Assembly (NCBI GenBank): GCA_017631085.1
Contig: JAGBTY010000020.1
Span: forward strand, 9,855 to 73,854
From: Clostridia bacterium
GTDB lineage: Bacteria; Bacillota; Clostridia; Oscillospirales; CAG-272
Direction of reading: 5' to 3'
DNA length: 64,000 bases
In this document: positions 37,448 to 46,733 of the stretch, one piece after another
Position numbering within the stretch: the first letter of the stretch is position 1
Layout: each line of letters opens with the position of its first letter
Notes under the pieces: generated by a model
Told to the model about the DNA's origin: nothing
The model's input: the letters and a program-made list of their open reading frames with translations, nothing else
Database searches by the model: none
Program-made: the position numbers and the translations under genes

Positions 37448-38083
37448 ATGAAAAAGAACTATCAACTTCTCATGGAGAAAACTATTCGGGAAAACATGGA
37501 GAGAGGGCGTCGCCCCTCTCTCTTGCTCCACTCCTGTTGCGCTCCATGCTCTTCTTACGTTTTAGAATATCTTGCATCTGTTTTTGACATCACGTTGTTT
37601 TTTTATAATCCAAATATTTCCCCGAAGGAAGAATATCTTTTCAGAGCAGAGGAGCTTTCAAGGCTCGTTGAGGAAATGAAGCTTCGCGACAATGTGAAGA
37701 TAATAGAGGGTGAATACGATCCCTCCGTCTTTTACAGTGCTACGAAAGGAATGGAAGAACTCCCCGAAGGCGGTGAACGCTGCCGTGTTTGTTACAGACT
37801 TCGTCTTAAGGAAGCTGCAAGAGTTGCATCCGAGGGAAATTTCGATTATTTCACCACAACCCTCAGCATAAGTCCTTATAAAAATGCCGAATGGCTCAAC
37901 GCCATCGGTGAGGAAGAGGGACAAGCGGTCGGAGTTCCCTATCTTTTCTCTGATTTCAAAAAGAGAGGCGGATACCTCCGTTCCTGCGAACTGTCGCAAG
38001 AATACGGTCTTTACAGACAAGACTTTTGCGGTTGCATATACTCGAAGCTTGAGAAAGAAAAAAACGCGAATATTAATAAATGA
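37448..38083 (+). CDS. queH: epoxyqueuosine reductase QueH (DUF208)
   Basis: Contains LLLHSCCAPCSSY, FFYNPNI.P..EY, C..CY..RL and a C-terminal FCGC. Confidence 0.85.
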   Translation: MKKNYQLLMEKTIRENMERGRRPSLLLHSCCAPCSSYVLEYLASVFDITLFFYNPNISPKEEYLFRAEELSRLVEEMKLRDNVKIIEGEYDPSVFYSATKGMEELPEGGERCRVCYRLRLKEAARVASEGNFDYFTTTLSISPYKNAEWLNAIGEEEGQAVGVPYLFSDFKKRGGYLRSCELSQEYGLYRQDFCGCIYSKLEKEKNANINK

Positions 38084-38087
38084 TAAT

Positions 38088-38124
38088 AAAAAATGGATTA
38101 TCTTTTTAGATAACCCATTTTTTT
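38088..38124. terminator. bidirectional rho-independent terminator
   Basis: AAAAAATGGaTTATCT-tttt-AGATAAcCCATTTTTTT between convergent genes. Confidence 0.6.
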
Positions 38125-38125
38125 A

Positions 38126-38941
38126 TTATTTATCAAGCATATCGATTATATCGCCTATAACACCCTCGTCGTTTGAGCAAAGGCAATGGCGACATACCTT
38201 TTTTACCGTATCTACCGCATTAGATGGGCACACGGAAATATCTGCCGCCATGAGCATTTCAAGGTCGTTTTCATAGTCTCCGACAGCTATCACACGACAA
38301 CCATCACCGCAAAGCGACCTTACGCTATCTATAAGCATTTCCGCCTTGCTTCGTCCCTTTGGAAGCACTTCAAGTATAGTGCTCCATGACCTCGTTATAG
38401 CATATCTGTCACTAAAATTCTCGTCAAGCTTTATTCTGATCTTATCAAGACTTTCAGGCGCGCTTCTGAATACCAGCTTATAGAAAGTCTCCTCATGCCA
38501 TCTGTCCATGGGGAGAATCTTTTTTTCGGAAGTTCCCTTTGTCATGTCATTGTGAAGATAAACGTTGTCAGGAGTATCGGTCAGGAGTCCCCTGACAGTT
38601 CCAAGTCTTATTCCGACTCCCTCATCAATAGAACGGACAAATGAAACCACCTCACGTACCCCCTCTGCGTCAAGAGGATATCCGTCAATTACTCTGCCAT
38701 TGGAAAAATCATAAAGGCAACAGCCGTTCAATGTGATAGCGGGCATATTCAGAAGCTCTGCCGCATTCGGAACCACGTCTAAAATATGCAATGGTGCGCG
38801 TCCTGTAGCAAGAGTGAAGCGACCGCCGTTTTTCTTGAAATATTCAAGGCTTCTGAGATTTCTCTCTACGAGCTTACCCTCTCGGTCAACAAACGTTCCG
38901 TCAATATCGCTCGCTATAATTATATTATCAAATCTTTTCAA
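38126..38941 (-). CDS. Cof-type HAD-IIB phosphatase
   Basis: Contains IIASDIDGTF, TLATGR, and GDYENDLEM near the C-terminus. Confidence 0.8.
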   Translation of the reverse strand: MKRFDNIIIASDIDGTFVDREGKLVERNLRSLEYFKKNGGRFTLATGRAPLHILDVVPNAAELLNMPAITLNGCCLYDFSNGRVIDGYPLDAEGVREVVSFVRSIDEGVGIRLGTVRGLLTDTPDNVYLHNDMTKGTSEKKILPMDRWHEETFYKLVFRSAPESLDKIRIKLDENFSDRYAITRSWSTILEVLPKGRSKAEMLIDSVRSLCGDGCRVIAVGDYENDLEMLMAADISVCPSNAVDTVKKVCRHCLCSNDEGVIGDIIDMLDK

Positions 38942-39912
38942 TCGATGGTACTGTCCCTTCTGAGCTGCTCTAAAAGGCCTTCAAAATTTTCAGGAAAATT
39001 CGCCTTAAATATCATTTCTTCACGGCTTTTAGGATGAACAAGCCTCAGCTCTGCTGCAAAAAGGCACTGGCCTTTAATATAAGCCTTATATTTTCCAATT
39101 GCCGTATTTTCCCCTCCGTATATGGGATCTCCCATAAGCGGGTGACCGATACTGGACATATGAACTCTTATCTGATGTGTTCTGCCAGTTTCAAGCTCAC
39201 ATCTGACAAGAGTATATCTTCCGTACCTTTCGACTACGCTCCAATGAGTGATGGCCTCTCTGCTTCGCTTGTCGCTGTCTCTTACTATTGCCATCTTTTT
39301 TCTATCGGTGGGGTGTCTGCCGATGGGCGCGTTGACCGTTCCGATGTCTTCCTTGAAATTTCCGCAAACGATAGCGTAATATATTCTTCTTACTCTGTGA
39401 TACTTTATCTCCCCTGCCAAGAAGATATGGGAAGCATCATTTTTAGCAACGACGAGAAGTCCCGCGGTATCCTTATCAATTCTATGAACAATACCCGGAC
39501 GAATAACTCCGCCGACTCCTGACAATTCATTACCACAATGATATAAAAGAGCATTTACAAGTGTTCCGCTTGGGTTTCCCGGAGCGGGGTGCACTACCAT
39601 TCCCTGCGGCTTATTTACAACTATTATATCACTGTCTTCAAAAACCACGTCAATAGGAATATTCTCAGGAGCCGCTTCGGCTGATTCGGGTTCGGGTATT
39701 ATCACCTCAAAACTCTCCTCACCGCATATCTTATAATTCTTCGCAACCGTCTTGCCGTTTGCCGTAACCTTACCCGCTTCTATAAGCCTTGTCACCGCAG
39801 AACGCGTCATTCCGCTTTTTTCTGCCAAAAACGAATCTACTCTCTTTCCTTTATCGGAAAAAGAAGAGGTATAAAGCTCAAGTTGCAGTTCAATTTCAAT
39901 ATCTTCTGTCAT
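38938..39912 (-). CDS. rluD: RluA-family 23S rRNA pseudouridine synthase (RluD-like)
   Basis: N-terminal S4 domain, then HRIDKDTAGLLVVAKN and GRTHQIRVH. Confidence 0.85.
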   Translation of the reverse strand: MTEDIEIELQLELYTSSFSDKGKRVDSFLAEKSGMTRSAVTRLIEAGKVTANGKTVAKNYKICGEESFEVIIPEPESAEAAPENIPIDVVFEDSDIIVVNKPQGMVVHPAPGNPSGTLVNALLYHCGNELSGVGGVIRPGIVHRIDKDTAGLLVVAKNDASHIFLAGEIKYHRVRRIYYAIVCGNFKEDIGTVNAPIGRHPTDRKKMAIVRDSDKRSREAITHWSVVERYGRYTLVRCELETGRTHQIRVHMSSIGHPLMGDPIYGGENTAIGKYKAYIKGQCLFAAELRLVHPKSREEMIFKANFPENFEGLLEQLRRDSTID

Positions 39913-39946
39913 GCTCTATACCTCCTTATATTATTTTATTTATTAT

Positions 39947-40504
39947 TTATTCTTCGGTGTTCGACATATCATCGGTGTCGATCGATGCCTCCGATGCTAT
40001 TTTTTCCGCCTTTGCCTTTTTACCCTCGTCAATCATTGAGATAATACACCAAAGTATCATCATTCCCGCGCCGATACATACAAAGGAATCGGCAACGTTA
40101 AATACCCATTTCCACAAATTCGGAAAAGCGTAAAAGTCGATAAAATCGACCACGTATCCAAGATATACTCTGTCTATCATATTTCCGACACCGCCGCCGA
40201 TTATGAACGACAGCGCAGTACATGCCAAACGGCTATCCGGACGAAATTTCCACATATATATAAGCAAAGCAATTATTGTTACAGTGGATATTATCATAAA
40301 CACCCATCTGTTATCCGAAAAACTGCCAAATGCAGCCCCGCGGTTCTCAACATAATTGAATCTGAATATTCCCTCTATGACTACAAAGGGCTCGTTTCTG
40401 TCAAGGAAGTTTACAATAAGAAGCTTTGATACCTGGTCCAAAGCCACAACTCCCGCGATTATTGCTATCCAAATAATCAAATTATTTTCCTCGTAAAGTA
40501 TCAA
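39947..40504 (-). CDS. lspA: lipoprotein signal peptidase II
   Basis: Contains DQVSK, NRGAAFG, GG.GN.IDR and FNVADS. Confidence 0.85.
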   Translation of the reverse strand: MILYEENNLIIWIAIIAGVVALDQVSKLLIVNFLDRNEPFVVIEGIFRFNYVENRGAAFGSFSDNRWVFMIISTVTIIALLIYMWKFRPDSRLACTALSFIIGGGVGNMIDRVYLGYVVDFIDFYAFPNLWKWVFNVADSFVCIGAGMMILWCIISMIDEGKKAKAEKIASEASIDTDDMSNTEE

Positions 40505-41283
40505 ATAAATTTTTCGGCAAGGAGACGAATCCTTCCCTTTTTGGTCTTTTCATCAACCGATATAATACGAAATCTGCCGTGCCCCCTTATCGAAATAAGA
40601 CTCGCGGCACGTATCATTCTGTCACATCTCTGCTCGGTCTCAAAATCGACCTCACAGTATCCGTTCAAAACTATTTCCTTTGCTTTTTCTCTTGACACCG
40701 ACACAAGTGCGCCAACGATACAGTCAAGACGAGGAGAGCTTACGGTATCCGATATAGCTTCGGTCTTTCGCCGGACTGAAAAATCCGAGCCGACCGATGT
40801 CTTCTCACACCTTACCTTATCGTTTCCTATCCTCTCACACTCGCCAATAATAAATTCGGATATCTTTCGGTCGCAAAAAACGTATGCACTGTATCCATCA
40901 TTATTGACCACAATATCTCCGAGTACAGCTCGCTCCAGACCCAAGGCGAGTAACGAGCCAAGAAAATCTCTGTGGGTAAATAGCCGATATCCGCTTCCGA
41001 TTATTCTTATTACTTCAATTTCGGTATCAACGCCATATGTCAAAAGCTCCTTTGGCGAATTTACCCCCTCCATATATTCGGGTATCTGATATATGCGGCA
41101 TCGCTCCGCACCCTCGTATCCACCAAAGACCACAAAGCTTTTTCTTCCTGCTGTAAGATACTCACAGCCAAAGCGAAGCTCTCTTGGAGAGAGAAATCCG
41201 CTGACGGCGATCTCTCCTCTATCTGCTCGACGTGAATGGTCGTCAAGCCTTGAATACAGATATCCAAATTCGTCCTTATCCAT
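40501..41283 (-). CDS. ylmH: YlmH-type RNA-binding (S4-domain) protein
   Basis: C-terminal S4-like domain (RLD.IV.....SR.KA.E.V..G.) and a position downstream of yggT and sepF. Confidence 0.7.
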   Translation of the reverse strand: MDKDEFGYLYSRLDDHSRRADRGEIAVSGFLSPRELRFGCEYLTAGRKSFVVFGGYEGAERCRIYQIPEYMEGVNSPKELLTYGVDTEIEVIRIIGSGYRLFTHRDFLGSLLALGLERAVLGDIVVNNDGYSAYVFCDRKISEFIIGECERIGNDKVRCEKTSVGSDFSVRRKTEAISDTVSSPRLDCIVGALVSVSREKAKEIVLNGYCEVDFETEQRCDRMIRAASLISIRGHGRFRIISVDEKTKKGRIRLLAEKFI

Positions 41284-41284
41284 C

Positions 41285-41548
41285 TTACAGTATAAGCAAA
41301 AGCAAAGCTATCAAAAGATATGATGCCATAAATGACATATCGATGGGAAGTCCTCTGAACCAACCCATTTTATCAAACAACGCACGTATAGGCGCTATAA
41401 CCGGCTCGGTTATAGCATAAATAAAATTTATAAATTTATTAGGCTCTATAGGGAACCACGAAAGTACAGCTCTTACAAGCATTGCAAGCTGAAGTCCCGA
41501 CAAAAGCAGTACCACAACGTTTCTGAAAACGGTTAACGCTATTATCAA
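41285..41548 (-). CDS. yggT: YggT/YlmG-family membrane protein
   Basis: Contains ...ML.RA.LSWFP........I...TEP...P.R. The TTG at 41548 lies 9 nt after AAGGAG and gives the typical 87 aa. The longer ORF-track version would include the sepF terminator. Confidence 0.7.
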   Translation of the reverse strand: MIIALTVFRNVVVLLLSGLQLAMLVRAVLSWFPIEPNKFINFIYAITEPVIAPIRALFDKMGWFRGLPIDMSFMASYLLIALLLLIL

Positions 41549-41584
41549 ATCTACATTCTCCTTTTCGATCACCCATGCGAGAAA

Positions 41585-41633
41585 TACAAAAAGCAGGACG
41601 CCGCAAAATGTTCTGTTACCCTTGCGGCGTCCT
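41585..41633 (-). terminator. rho-independent terminator between sepF and yggT
   Basis: On the minus strand: AGGACGCCGCAA-gggtaacagaacat-TTTGCGGCGTCCT followed by GCTTTTTGTATTT. Confidence 0.6.
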
Positions 41634-41668
41634 AAAACTCTTATATCCGACACAAAATCGACGCACTA

Positions 41669-42097
41669 TCAGTCGCCGTTATTTACCATTGCCTCTATAC
41701 TGCTTACGTCTACATTTTTAGGAGCAACAACAATAGTTGTCTTTCCAACTATTTTCATAACTCCGCCCAATGCGTGTGCTGCGCCAAGCAAATAGTCAAC
41801 AAGACGAACTGCCTGCTCACGAGCCATATTTTCAATGTTGAGAAGAATAGTGTTGCCGTTCATAAGATAGTCTGCTATCTCTTTCGCATCGTCATATCCC
41901 TTGGGATTTACTATCTTCAAGGATACAGTATTTGCTCCGAATGCCGGTGCAGGCTCTGCGGGAGTTGTAGCTGCATCAAAGCCGTTATCCATTTCGTCTG
42001 TTGTTTCGTTGTCGTCGAAACCGCCGCCACGGTAGTACTCATCGTCACCTGCAAAATCTCCGTAGTTACCGTTTTGTTTTCTTGTGAATTTTAACAT
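41669..42097 (-). CDS. sepF: cell-division protein SepF
   Basis: Disordered N-terminus followed by the DUF552 core (I....P..Y.DA..IAD.L..G....LN...M....A.R..D.L.G). Confidence 0.85.
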   Translation of the reverse strand: MLKFTRKQNGNYGDFAGDDEYYRGGGFDDNETTDEMDNGFDAATTPAEPAPAFGANTVSLKIVNPKGYDDAKEIADYLMNGNTILLNIENMAREQAVRLVDYLLGAAHALGGVMKIVGKTTIVVAPKNVDVSSIEAMVNNGD

Positions 42098-42131
42098 GAT
42101 ATTCCTCCGATTTTTATATTTATATTATTTT

Positions 42132-42821
42132 TTACTTAATAAAAAGGCTTCTGCCTATTCTGACTATATCCGAACCCGAGACTATTGCTTCCTCGAAGCT
42201 TTCGCTCATTCCCATAGAAATAATAGGTCTACCTATATTATGCAGTTTTTTTGTCCAAATGTCAAGAACATTTTCATAAGTTTTTCTAAAATATTTATAA
42301 TATTCTTCTTTTTTCTCACATTTTGGCGCCATCGTCATAAATCCCTTTAGATTTATGTTCGAAAATTTCGATATCTCCATGCACAAAGCCTCGGCATCTC
42401 TCGGCAAAACTCCGCTCTTGGCTTCTTCCTCTCCACTGTTTATCTCAATAAGAACGTCCATTACCTTTCCGTGCTTTTTTGCCTGCTTATCTATCTCGGC
42501 AGCAAGCTTTACTGAATCTACCGAATGAATAAGACACACCTTGTCGATTATATATTTTACCTTATTTGTTTGAAGAGTACCTATAAAGTGAATGTTTACG
42601 TTTTCTCTGTCACTAATTGCATCGTAATGCTCAAGAAGCTGCTGGACTCTGTTCTCTCCTATGTCACGGATCCCAAGACTCAAAAGTCGGTCTATTTCCT
42701 CCGGTGTCGCATATTTTACTGCTGCAAGAAGTAATACTCCTTCTCTGCCGCTTCGTATTTCCGCTTCACGTATTCGTTTTTTTATCTCTTCGACATTTTT
42801 GTCAATATACGTATAGTCCAT
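42132..42821 (-). CDS. yggS: YggS-family pyridoxal-phosphate homeostasis protein
   Basis: Contains LLAAVKY, FGENRVQ, HFIG.LQ.NK, and MGMS near the C-terminus. Confidence 0.85.
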   Translation of the reverse strand: MDYTYIDKNVEEIKKRIREAEIRSGREGVLLLAAVKYATPEEIDRLLSLGIRDIGENRVQQLLEHYDAISDRENVNIHFIGTLQTNKVKYIIDKVCLIHSVDSVKLAAEIDKQAKKHGKVMDVLIEINSGEEEAKSGVLPRDAEALCMEISKFSNINLKGFMTMAPKCEKKEEYYKYFRKTYENVLDIWTKKLHNIGRPIISMGMSESFEEAIVSGSDIVRIGRSLFIK

Positions 42822-42822
42822 T

Positions 42823-44067
42823 CTAATCCATTATCCTTCCGTCAAAAAGATTTTTTCCGTTTAAGATAAGCAACTCATTTTCTCCGAGATACATTTCCCA
42901 CTCTTCTTCATTTTCATGAGGTGTTACAAGATAATACTCCCTGTCCTCATATAGCACGTCAATATTTCGGTACCTCACGACACTTCCCTTAAGAACATAA
43001 ACAAAGATCTTGTTGCCATCACGATGTACAGCACTTTTGGGAACGTATATACCGCTTATTGAATTTACGCATATCTTTACATTTTGGCAGCGGTTAAACA
43101 CAAACCCCGCGGGAAGTCTGTCGGTATAAAAAACAAGTATATAGCTTTCGTCCTCCTCGTCATAGACTGTCGTCTCAAGTGTCATCGGAAGAGTTATGCC
43201 GCTATTTGAAGAAAAGGTCATTTCGTAGCTGTTTCCAATCTCGAAATAGATTATCTTTTCTTCCGGTATCTCCATGCACAGCTTCCACAACGTATGCTCC
43301 ACAAGCTTTCCGTAGCATCTTCTGCCTGAATCATCAGAGGATCCCATTGTCTCGGTCATAGCATCAAAGCTATCTCCGCTTATAGAATTTGCAGCATCAA
43401 TAGTAAATATATCCTCATATCCGTCGGTATAAGAATAAAAATATCCGCCAACGTCCGAAGTTTCATTTATATAGCTTCCACTATTAGATATTATTTCTGC
43501 TTTTGCTTTTTCCAATATCTCAAGACTTTCGCCCACAGAGGAGTCGCTACCCTTTGATGCGTAATCAAAGGAATTGAGCCCCGCCTTCAAACTGTCAATA
43601 TGAACAAGAAGCTCTTCCGTATCCCTGTTTGCAAGATCATCTATAAGAGCATAGTATGCTTCGTTTATATCCTCTCGTATATTGGGAAGATCGTTTACCC
43701 CGTATCCCTCAAGTGTACTTTTCTTAAGCGTACGTATCTCGTCGTCAATAAACTTTATTTTTTTAAGAGTTCCCATATCTCCGCCGTTTTCGTATACAGC
43801 GGCAAGAGTTGTACCCTCGGATATCTTCGTTCCGTCTTCTACACGGTAATCCGCTACACCTTTATTTGAGGAATAAAGACGTGTCTCGTCTCTGAAAATA
43901 TATCCGTCAGAATCAAGATATGTATTTTCGGTACTCATTCCCGTAATTATGGTGGTCATTTCATCTCCGAAAAGACCTATCACATGATAAAAGATATAGC
44001 ACAGAGCAACAAGTGCGGCAATAGCTAATAATATTTTCTTTTTTTGCAAAATACCTTTTAGCATCAT
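42823..44067 (-). CDS. membrane-anchored protein with a barrel-sandwich (HlyD-like) element, function unknown
   Basis: N-terminal TM segment and a lipoyl-like hairpin motif (GVADYRVEDGTKISEGTTLAAVY). It sits at the head of the yggS-sepF block. Confidence 0.45.
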   Translation of the reverse strand: MMLKGILQKKKILLAIAALVALCYIFYHVIGLFGDEMTTIITGMSTENTYLDSDGYIFRDETRLYSSNKGVADYRVEDGTKISEGTTLAAVYENGGDMGTLKKIKFIDDEIRTLKKSTLEGYGVNDLPNIREDINEAYYALIDDLANRDTEELLVHIDSLKAGLNSFDYASKGSDSSVGESLEILEKAKAEIISNSGSYINETSDVGGYFYSYTDGYEDIFTIDAANSISGDSFDAMTETMGSSDDSGRRCYGKLVEHTLWKLCMEIPEEKIIYFEIGNSYEMTFSSNSGITLPMTLETTVYDEEDESYILVFYTDRLPAGFVFNRCQNVKICVNSISGIYVPKSAVHRDGNKIFVYVLKGSVVRYRNIDVLYEDREYYLVTPHENEEEWEMYLGENELLILNGKNLFDGRIMD

Positions 44068-44132
44068 TGCCTCTTTTCCTTTCCTTTGCTCGTGTAAAAA
44101 TATATCCTACATATTATTTTACCACAAAATCA

Positions 44133-45077
44133 TTAATTAAAAAAGAGCTCTTTTGCATTATTTACAATCTCTTCAAATGTTTTTATTCTGCCGTTCTCCA
44201 TAACAGGCAAGGATTCTACGTATTTCTTGCCTCCAAACCAGGTAATCTGCCTTTTAGCGTATCTACGAGTAGCTCTTTTAAGCTCGTCTACACAATTTTC
44301 GAGGTTATCCTCTTCCCTTACGTACGGCAAAAGCTCCTTATATCCTATCGCTTGTGCCGCCGTACTATTTCGCTCAAATATTCCCTCTTTTTCAAGCTCG
44401 GCGGTTTCCTCGCAAAGCCCTTCGGCTATCATTGCATCTACTCTTTTATCAATTCTTGAACAAAGCACTTCTCTGTCATCATAGTGAAGTCCTATTACCT
44501 TTGCGTCAAATCTCGGCTCTTCAAGCTGCGAGCGCCTGTCAAGCTCGGTCTTTGTAACACCGCTGAGTTTATATATCTCAATTGCTCTCGCAACACGCTT
44601 AACGTTGTTGGGATGCGTTTTTTCCGCACTTTCGGGATCTATCCTCTGAAGTTCCCTATGCAGTGCTTCCGCTCCGTTCTTCTCTGCGAAATCAAGAAGC
44701 TCTTGGCGAAGCTCCGCGTTCCCGTTCTCCTCACCAAAATCCGCCCCTCGAAGAAGCGCGTCAAGATAAAGTCCTGTGCCTCCGCAAACAATGGGAAGCT
44801 TTCCACGGCCGTGGCAATCCCTTATGGCACTATCCGCAAGACTTACGTAATCAGCACATGAAAAAGATTCCCACGGCTCGTTTATGTCTATCATATGGTG
44901 CTTTACTCTTGACTGCTCCTCTGCCGTTGGCTTTGCAGTTCCTATATTCATTCTTTTGTATACCTGCATAGAATCGCAGGATATTATCTCCCCGCCCATG
45001 CTCTCTGCAAGCGCCATGGCAAGTGAGCTCTTGCCCGATGCCGTCGAGCCGACGATGGCGTAAATTTTTATCTTCAT
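44133..45077 (-). CDS. miaA: tRNA dimethylallyltransferase
   Basis: Contains GSTASGKSSLA, I.CDSMQVY..M.IGTAKP, GGTGLY, and the family region ...AKRQ.TWF. Confidence 0.9.
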   Translation of the reverse strand: MKIKIYAIVGSTASGKSSLAMALAESMGGEIISCDSMQVYKRMNIGTAKPTAEEQSRVKHHMIDINEPWESFSCADYVSLADSAIRDCHGRGKLPIVCGGTGLYLDALLRGADFGEENGNAELRQELLDFAEKNGAEALHRELQRIDPESAEKTHPNNVKRVARAIEIYKLSGVTKTELDRRSQLEEPRFDAKVIGLHYDDREVLCSRIDKRVDAMIAEGLCEETAELEKEGIFERNSTAAQAIGYKELLPYVREEDNLENCVDELKRATRRYAKRQITWFGGKKYVESLPVMENGRIKTFEEIVNNAKELFFN

Positions 45078-45140
45078 TTTTTTCTCTTATTTTTAAATTT
45101 GATTTATTATAAAGATTCCGTATCCGATATTTATTTTGCC

Positions 45141-45260
45141 TATAGGGGCGTGCATTGCACGTCCGCGGACGCCCGACAACCTATGTCGAGGGATTTGAGT
45201 CACCCGACAACGAAGTATACGGCAATTTATACAATCAACATCGCGTCCGCAATGCTGATG
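45141..45260. ncRNA. GC-rich element with nested inverted repeats (candidate structured RNA or protein-binding site)
   Basis: GCATTGC..GCGGACGC (45152-45171) is complementary to GCGTCCGCAATGC (45243-45255). Internal palindromes are GTGCAtTGCAC and GTCCGCGGAC. CCCGACAAC occurs twice, and a GTCGaGGG / CCCGAC helix is possible. Confidence 0.25.
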
Positions 45261-45321
45261 CAATATAAGATTTTACCGATTGGTAATATTGCACAAACCA
45301 AACGGAATATTCACAAACAAG

Positions 45322-45350
45322 TAAAGAGGCTATCTGATTAGACAGCCTCT
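45322..45350 (-). terminator. probable terminator of the deaminase/zinc-ribbon operon
   Basis: On the minus strand: AGAGGCTgTC-taatca-GAtAGCCTCT followed by TTACTTGTTTGT. The U-tract is only moderate. Confidence 0.45.
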
Positions 45351-45366
45351 AACAAATAAAAGGATC

Positions 45367-45579
45367 TTACTTTACTGCAACCGCCTTTTTCTCAAAAGCG
45401 TTTCTCTCTGATTTTTTTAAAGACTTTGAGTTACCCACCACTCTATATGAGATACCATTTATACCCATATTTCGCTTTTGACCAATGGTGGCATCCTCCC
45501 AGTTGCAATCTGTGCAAATATAAGCACCAAAGTATGAATTATACGAAACTACTTTTCCGCATTTAGGACAAATTTTCAT
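45367..45579 (-). CDS. 70-aa C4 zinc-ribbon protein with a basic tail, translationally coupled to the upstream deaminase
   Basis: Contains CPKC-x14-CTDC. The RBS GGAGGTG lies 6 nt upstream. Its ATG overlaps the deaminase stop (ATGA at 45576-45579). Confidence 0.6.
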   Translation of the reverse strand: MKICPKCGKVVSYNSYFGAYICTDCNWEDATIGQKRNMGINGISYRVVGNSKSLKKSERNAFEKKAVAVK

Positions 45580-46733
45580 CTCAACACCTCCATAAATTTA
45601 AAATAACTATTAAACGTAACACCTTCAAAAGGCACTTGGCTAACATTGTGTGCTGCTAAAGTTTTCTTTGCTTCTTCTTGCGGATAAGGCTCATAATATA
45701 TAACTTTTTTGATACCTATTTGTGCTATTTTATTCGCACATAGATTACACGGATATGTAGTAGTATAAAGCGTTGCTTTCGAATGATTAGTAGATACACT
45801 TAATCTTGCCATATTGACTATTGCGTTTTCTTCCGCATGTAGTGCTCTACAATAGTCCAGCATTTTGGAATTGTTTTTCACAATAGAAGAAATCTTGCTA
45901 GATACTTCTGGATCTTTTAGTTCACCTTGTATCTTTTCATTGATATCTTTCCTTAAAAACTTCCGATAGCACATCCCATACTCGCGCTTACAAGAACGTT
46001 CGAGAACCGGAACTTCATTATACCCTGAACTAAAAACATTTCCGTATTCATCTATTATCAATGCGCCCACTTTTCGTTGGGTACAAGACGATCTCATGCT
46101 ATTAGCATATGCCATAGCCATTAATGTTTCCATTTCTGTAGGCTCGTACATAGCATTCTTTTCGACCAAATCAACATATCTTTCTACTATCTTTTTGAGT
46201 GTAACAAAATCGTCAGATTGCTCCGCATGAATTTTTGTTTCATTCAACACGATAACATCTGCCATTTGATAACACAAAGTGATTTGTTGTCCGTTTTCAT
46301 CTTTTTCATCTTTGTCGCGTTTATCATCTTTTTCAAAAACTGACAAATCACCTTTGTATTTATCTCTTACTCTCTCCCATCTAGTATCTTTGCTAGCCCA
46401 AACCGCCAGCAAATAAAACTCTGGAAAATGTTTTTTTAAACTATCAATTTCGTGCGTATTACGAATGCTATCAATAACAAATTTATCACTATCAGTTGAA
46501 TCAATAATTTCAATTGCTTTATCAGCTAAATACCCTGCGCCATATTGGGCTCTCGTCTCATTTCCCTTATCTTGAAGATCACTCCTAGAATATTCGCCAT
46601 CTGTTATGGCACTTCTCAATATTTCTGATAGTGAAATGTACTTGTAGCCTTTTGAAGATAGAATTTTTTTTGCAATATAAGAACATCCACTTCCAAACGG
46701 TCCTGTTAAACCAATAATCTTTTTCCCAGGCAT
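45576..46733 (-). CDS. P-loop nucleotide-kinase-like domain fused to a dCMP/dCTP-type zinc deaminase (AvcD / antiphage dCTP-deaminase-like)
   Basis: The N-terminal IIGLTGPFGSGCSY resembles the CoaE/dNMP-kinase-like P-loop. The C-terminus has LHAEENAI (HAE zinc/catalytic motif) and YPCNLCANK (PCxxC). The ATG at 46733 lies 9 nt after AGGAG. The gene is AT-richer than its flanks. Confidence 0.8.
   Translation of the reverse strand: MPGKKIIGLTGPFGSGCSYIAKKILSSKGYKYISLSEILRSAITDGEYSRSDLQDKGNETRAQYGAGYLADKAIEIIDSTDSDKFVIDSIRNTHEIDSLKKHFPEFYLLAVWASKDTRWERVRDKYKGDLSVFEKDDKRDKDEKDENGQQITLCYQMADVIVLNETKIHAEQSDDFVTLKKIVERYVDLVEKNAMYEPTEMETLMAMAYANSMRSSCTQRKVGALIIDEYGNVFSSGYNEVPVLERSCKREYGMCYRKFLRKDINEKIQGELKDPEVSSKISSIVKNNSKMLDYCRALHAEENAIVNMARLSVSTNHSKATLYTTTYPCNLCANKIAQIGIKKVIYYEPYPQEEAKKTLAAHNVSQVPFEGVTFNSYFKFMEVLR

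Noticed and set aside
41549-41653. N-terminal 35-residue extension of YggT from the ORF track.
   Set aside because: The extension consists of the sepF terminator hairpin read as codons. The internal TTG with AAGGAG gives the canonical protein length.
45100-45175. preQ1-type riboswitch upstream of miaA, suggested by the minus-strand GGGCGU...ACGCCCCUAUAGGCAAAAUAAAUA and the neighbouring queuosine genes.
   Set aside because: The match to the preQ1-I consensus (P1 stem plus the CCC..UAUAAAAAACUA tail) is only superficial. miaA is not a known preQ1-regulated gene, and the loop is far too large.
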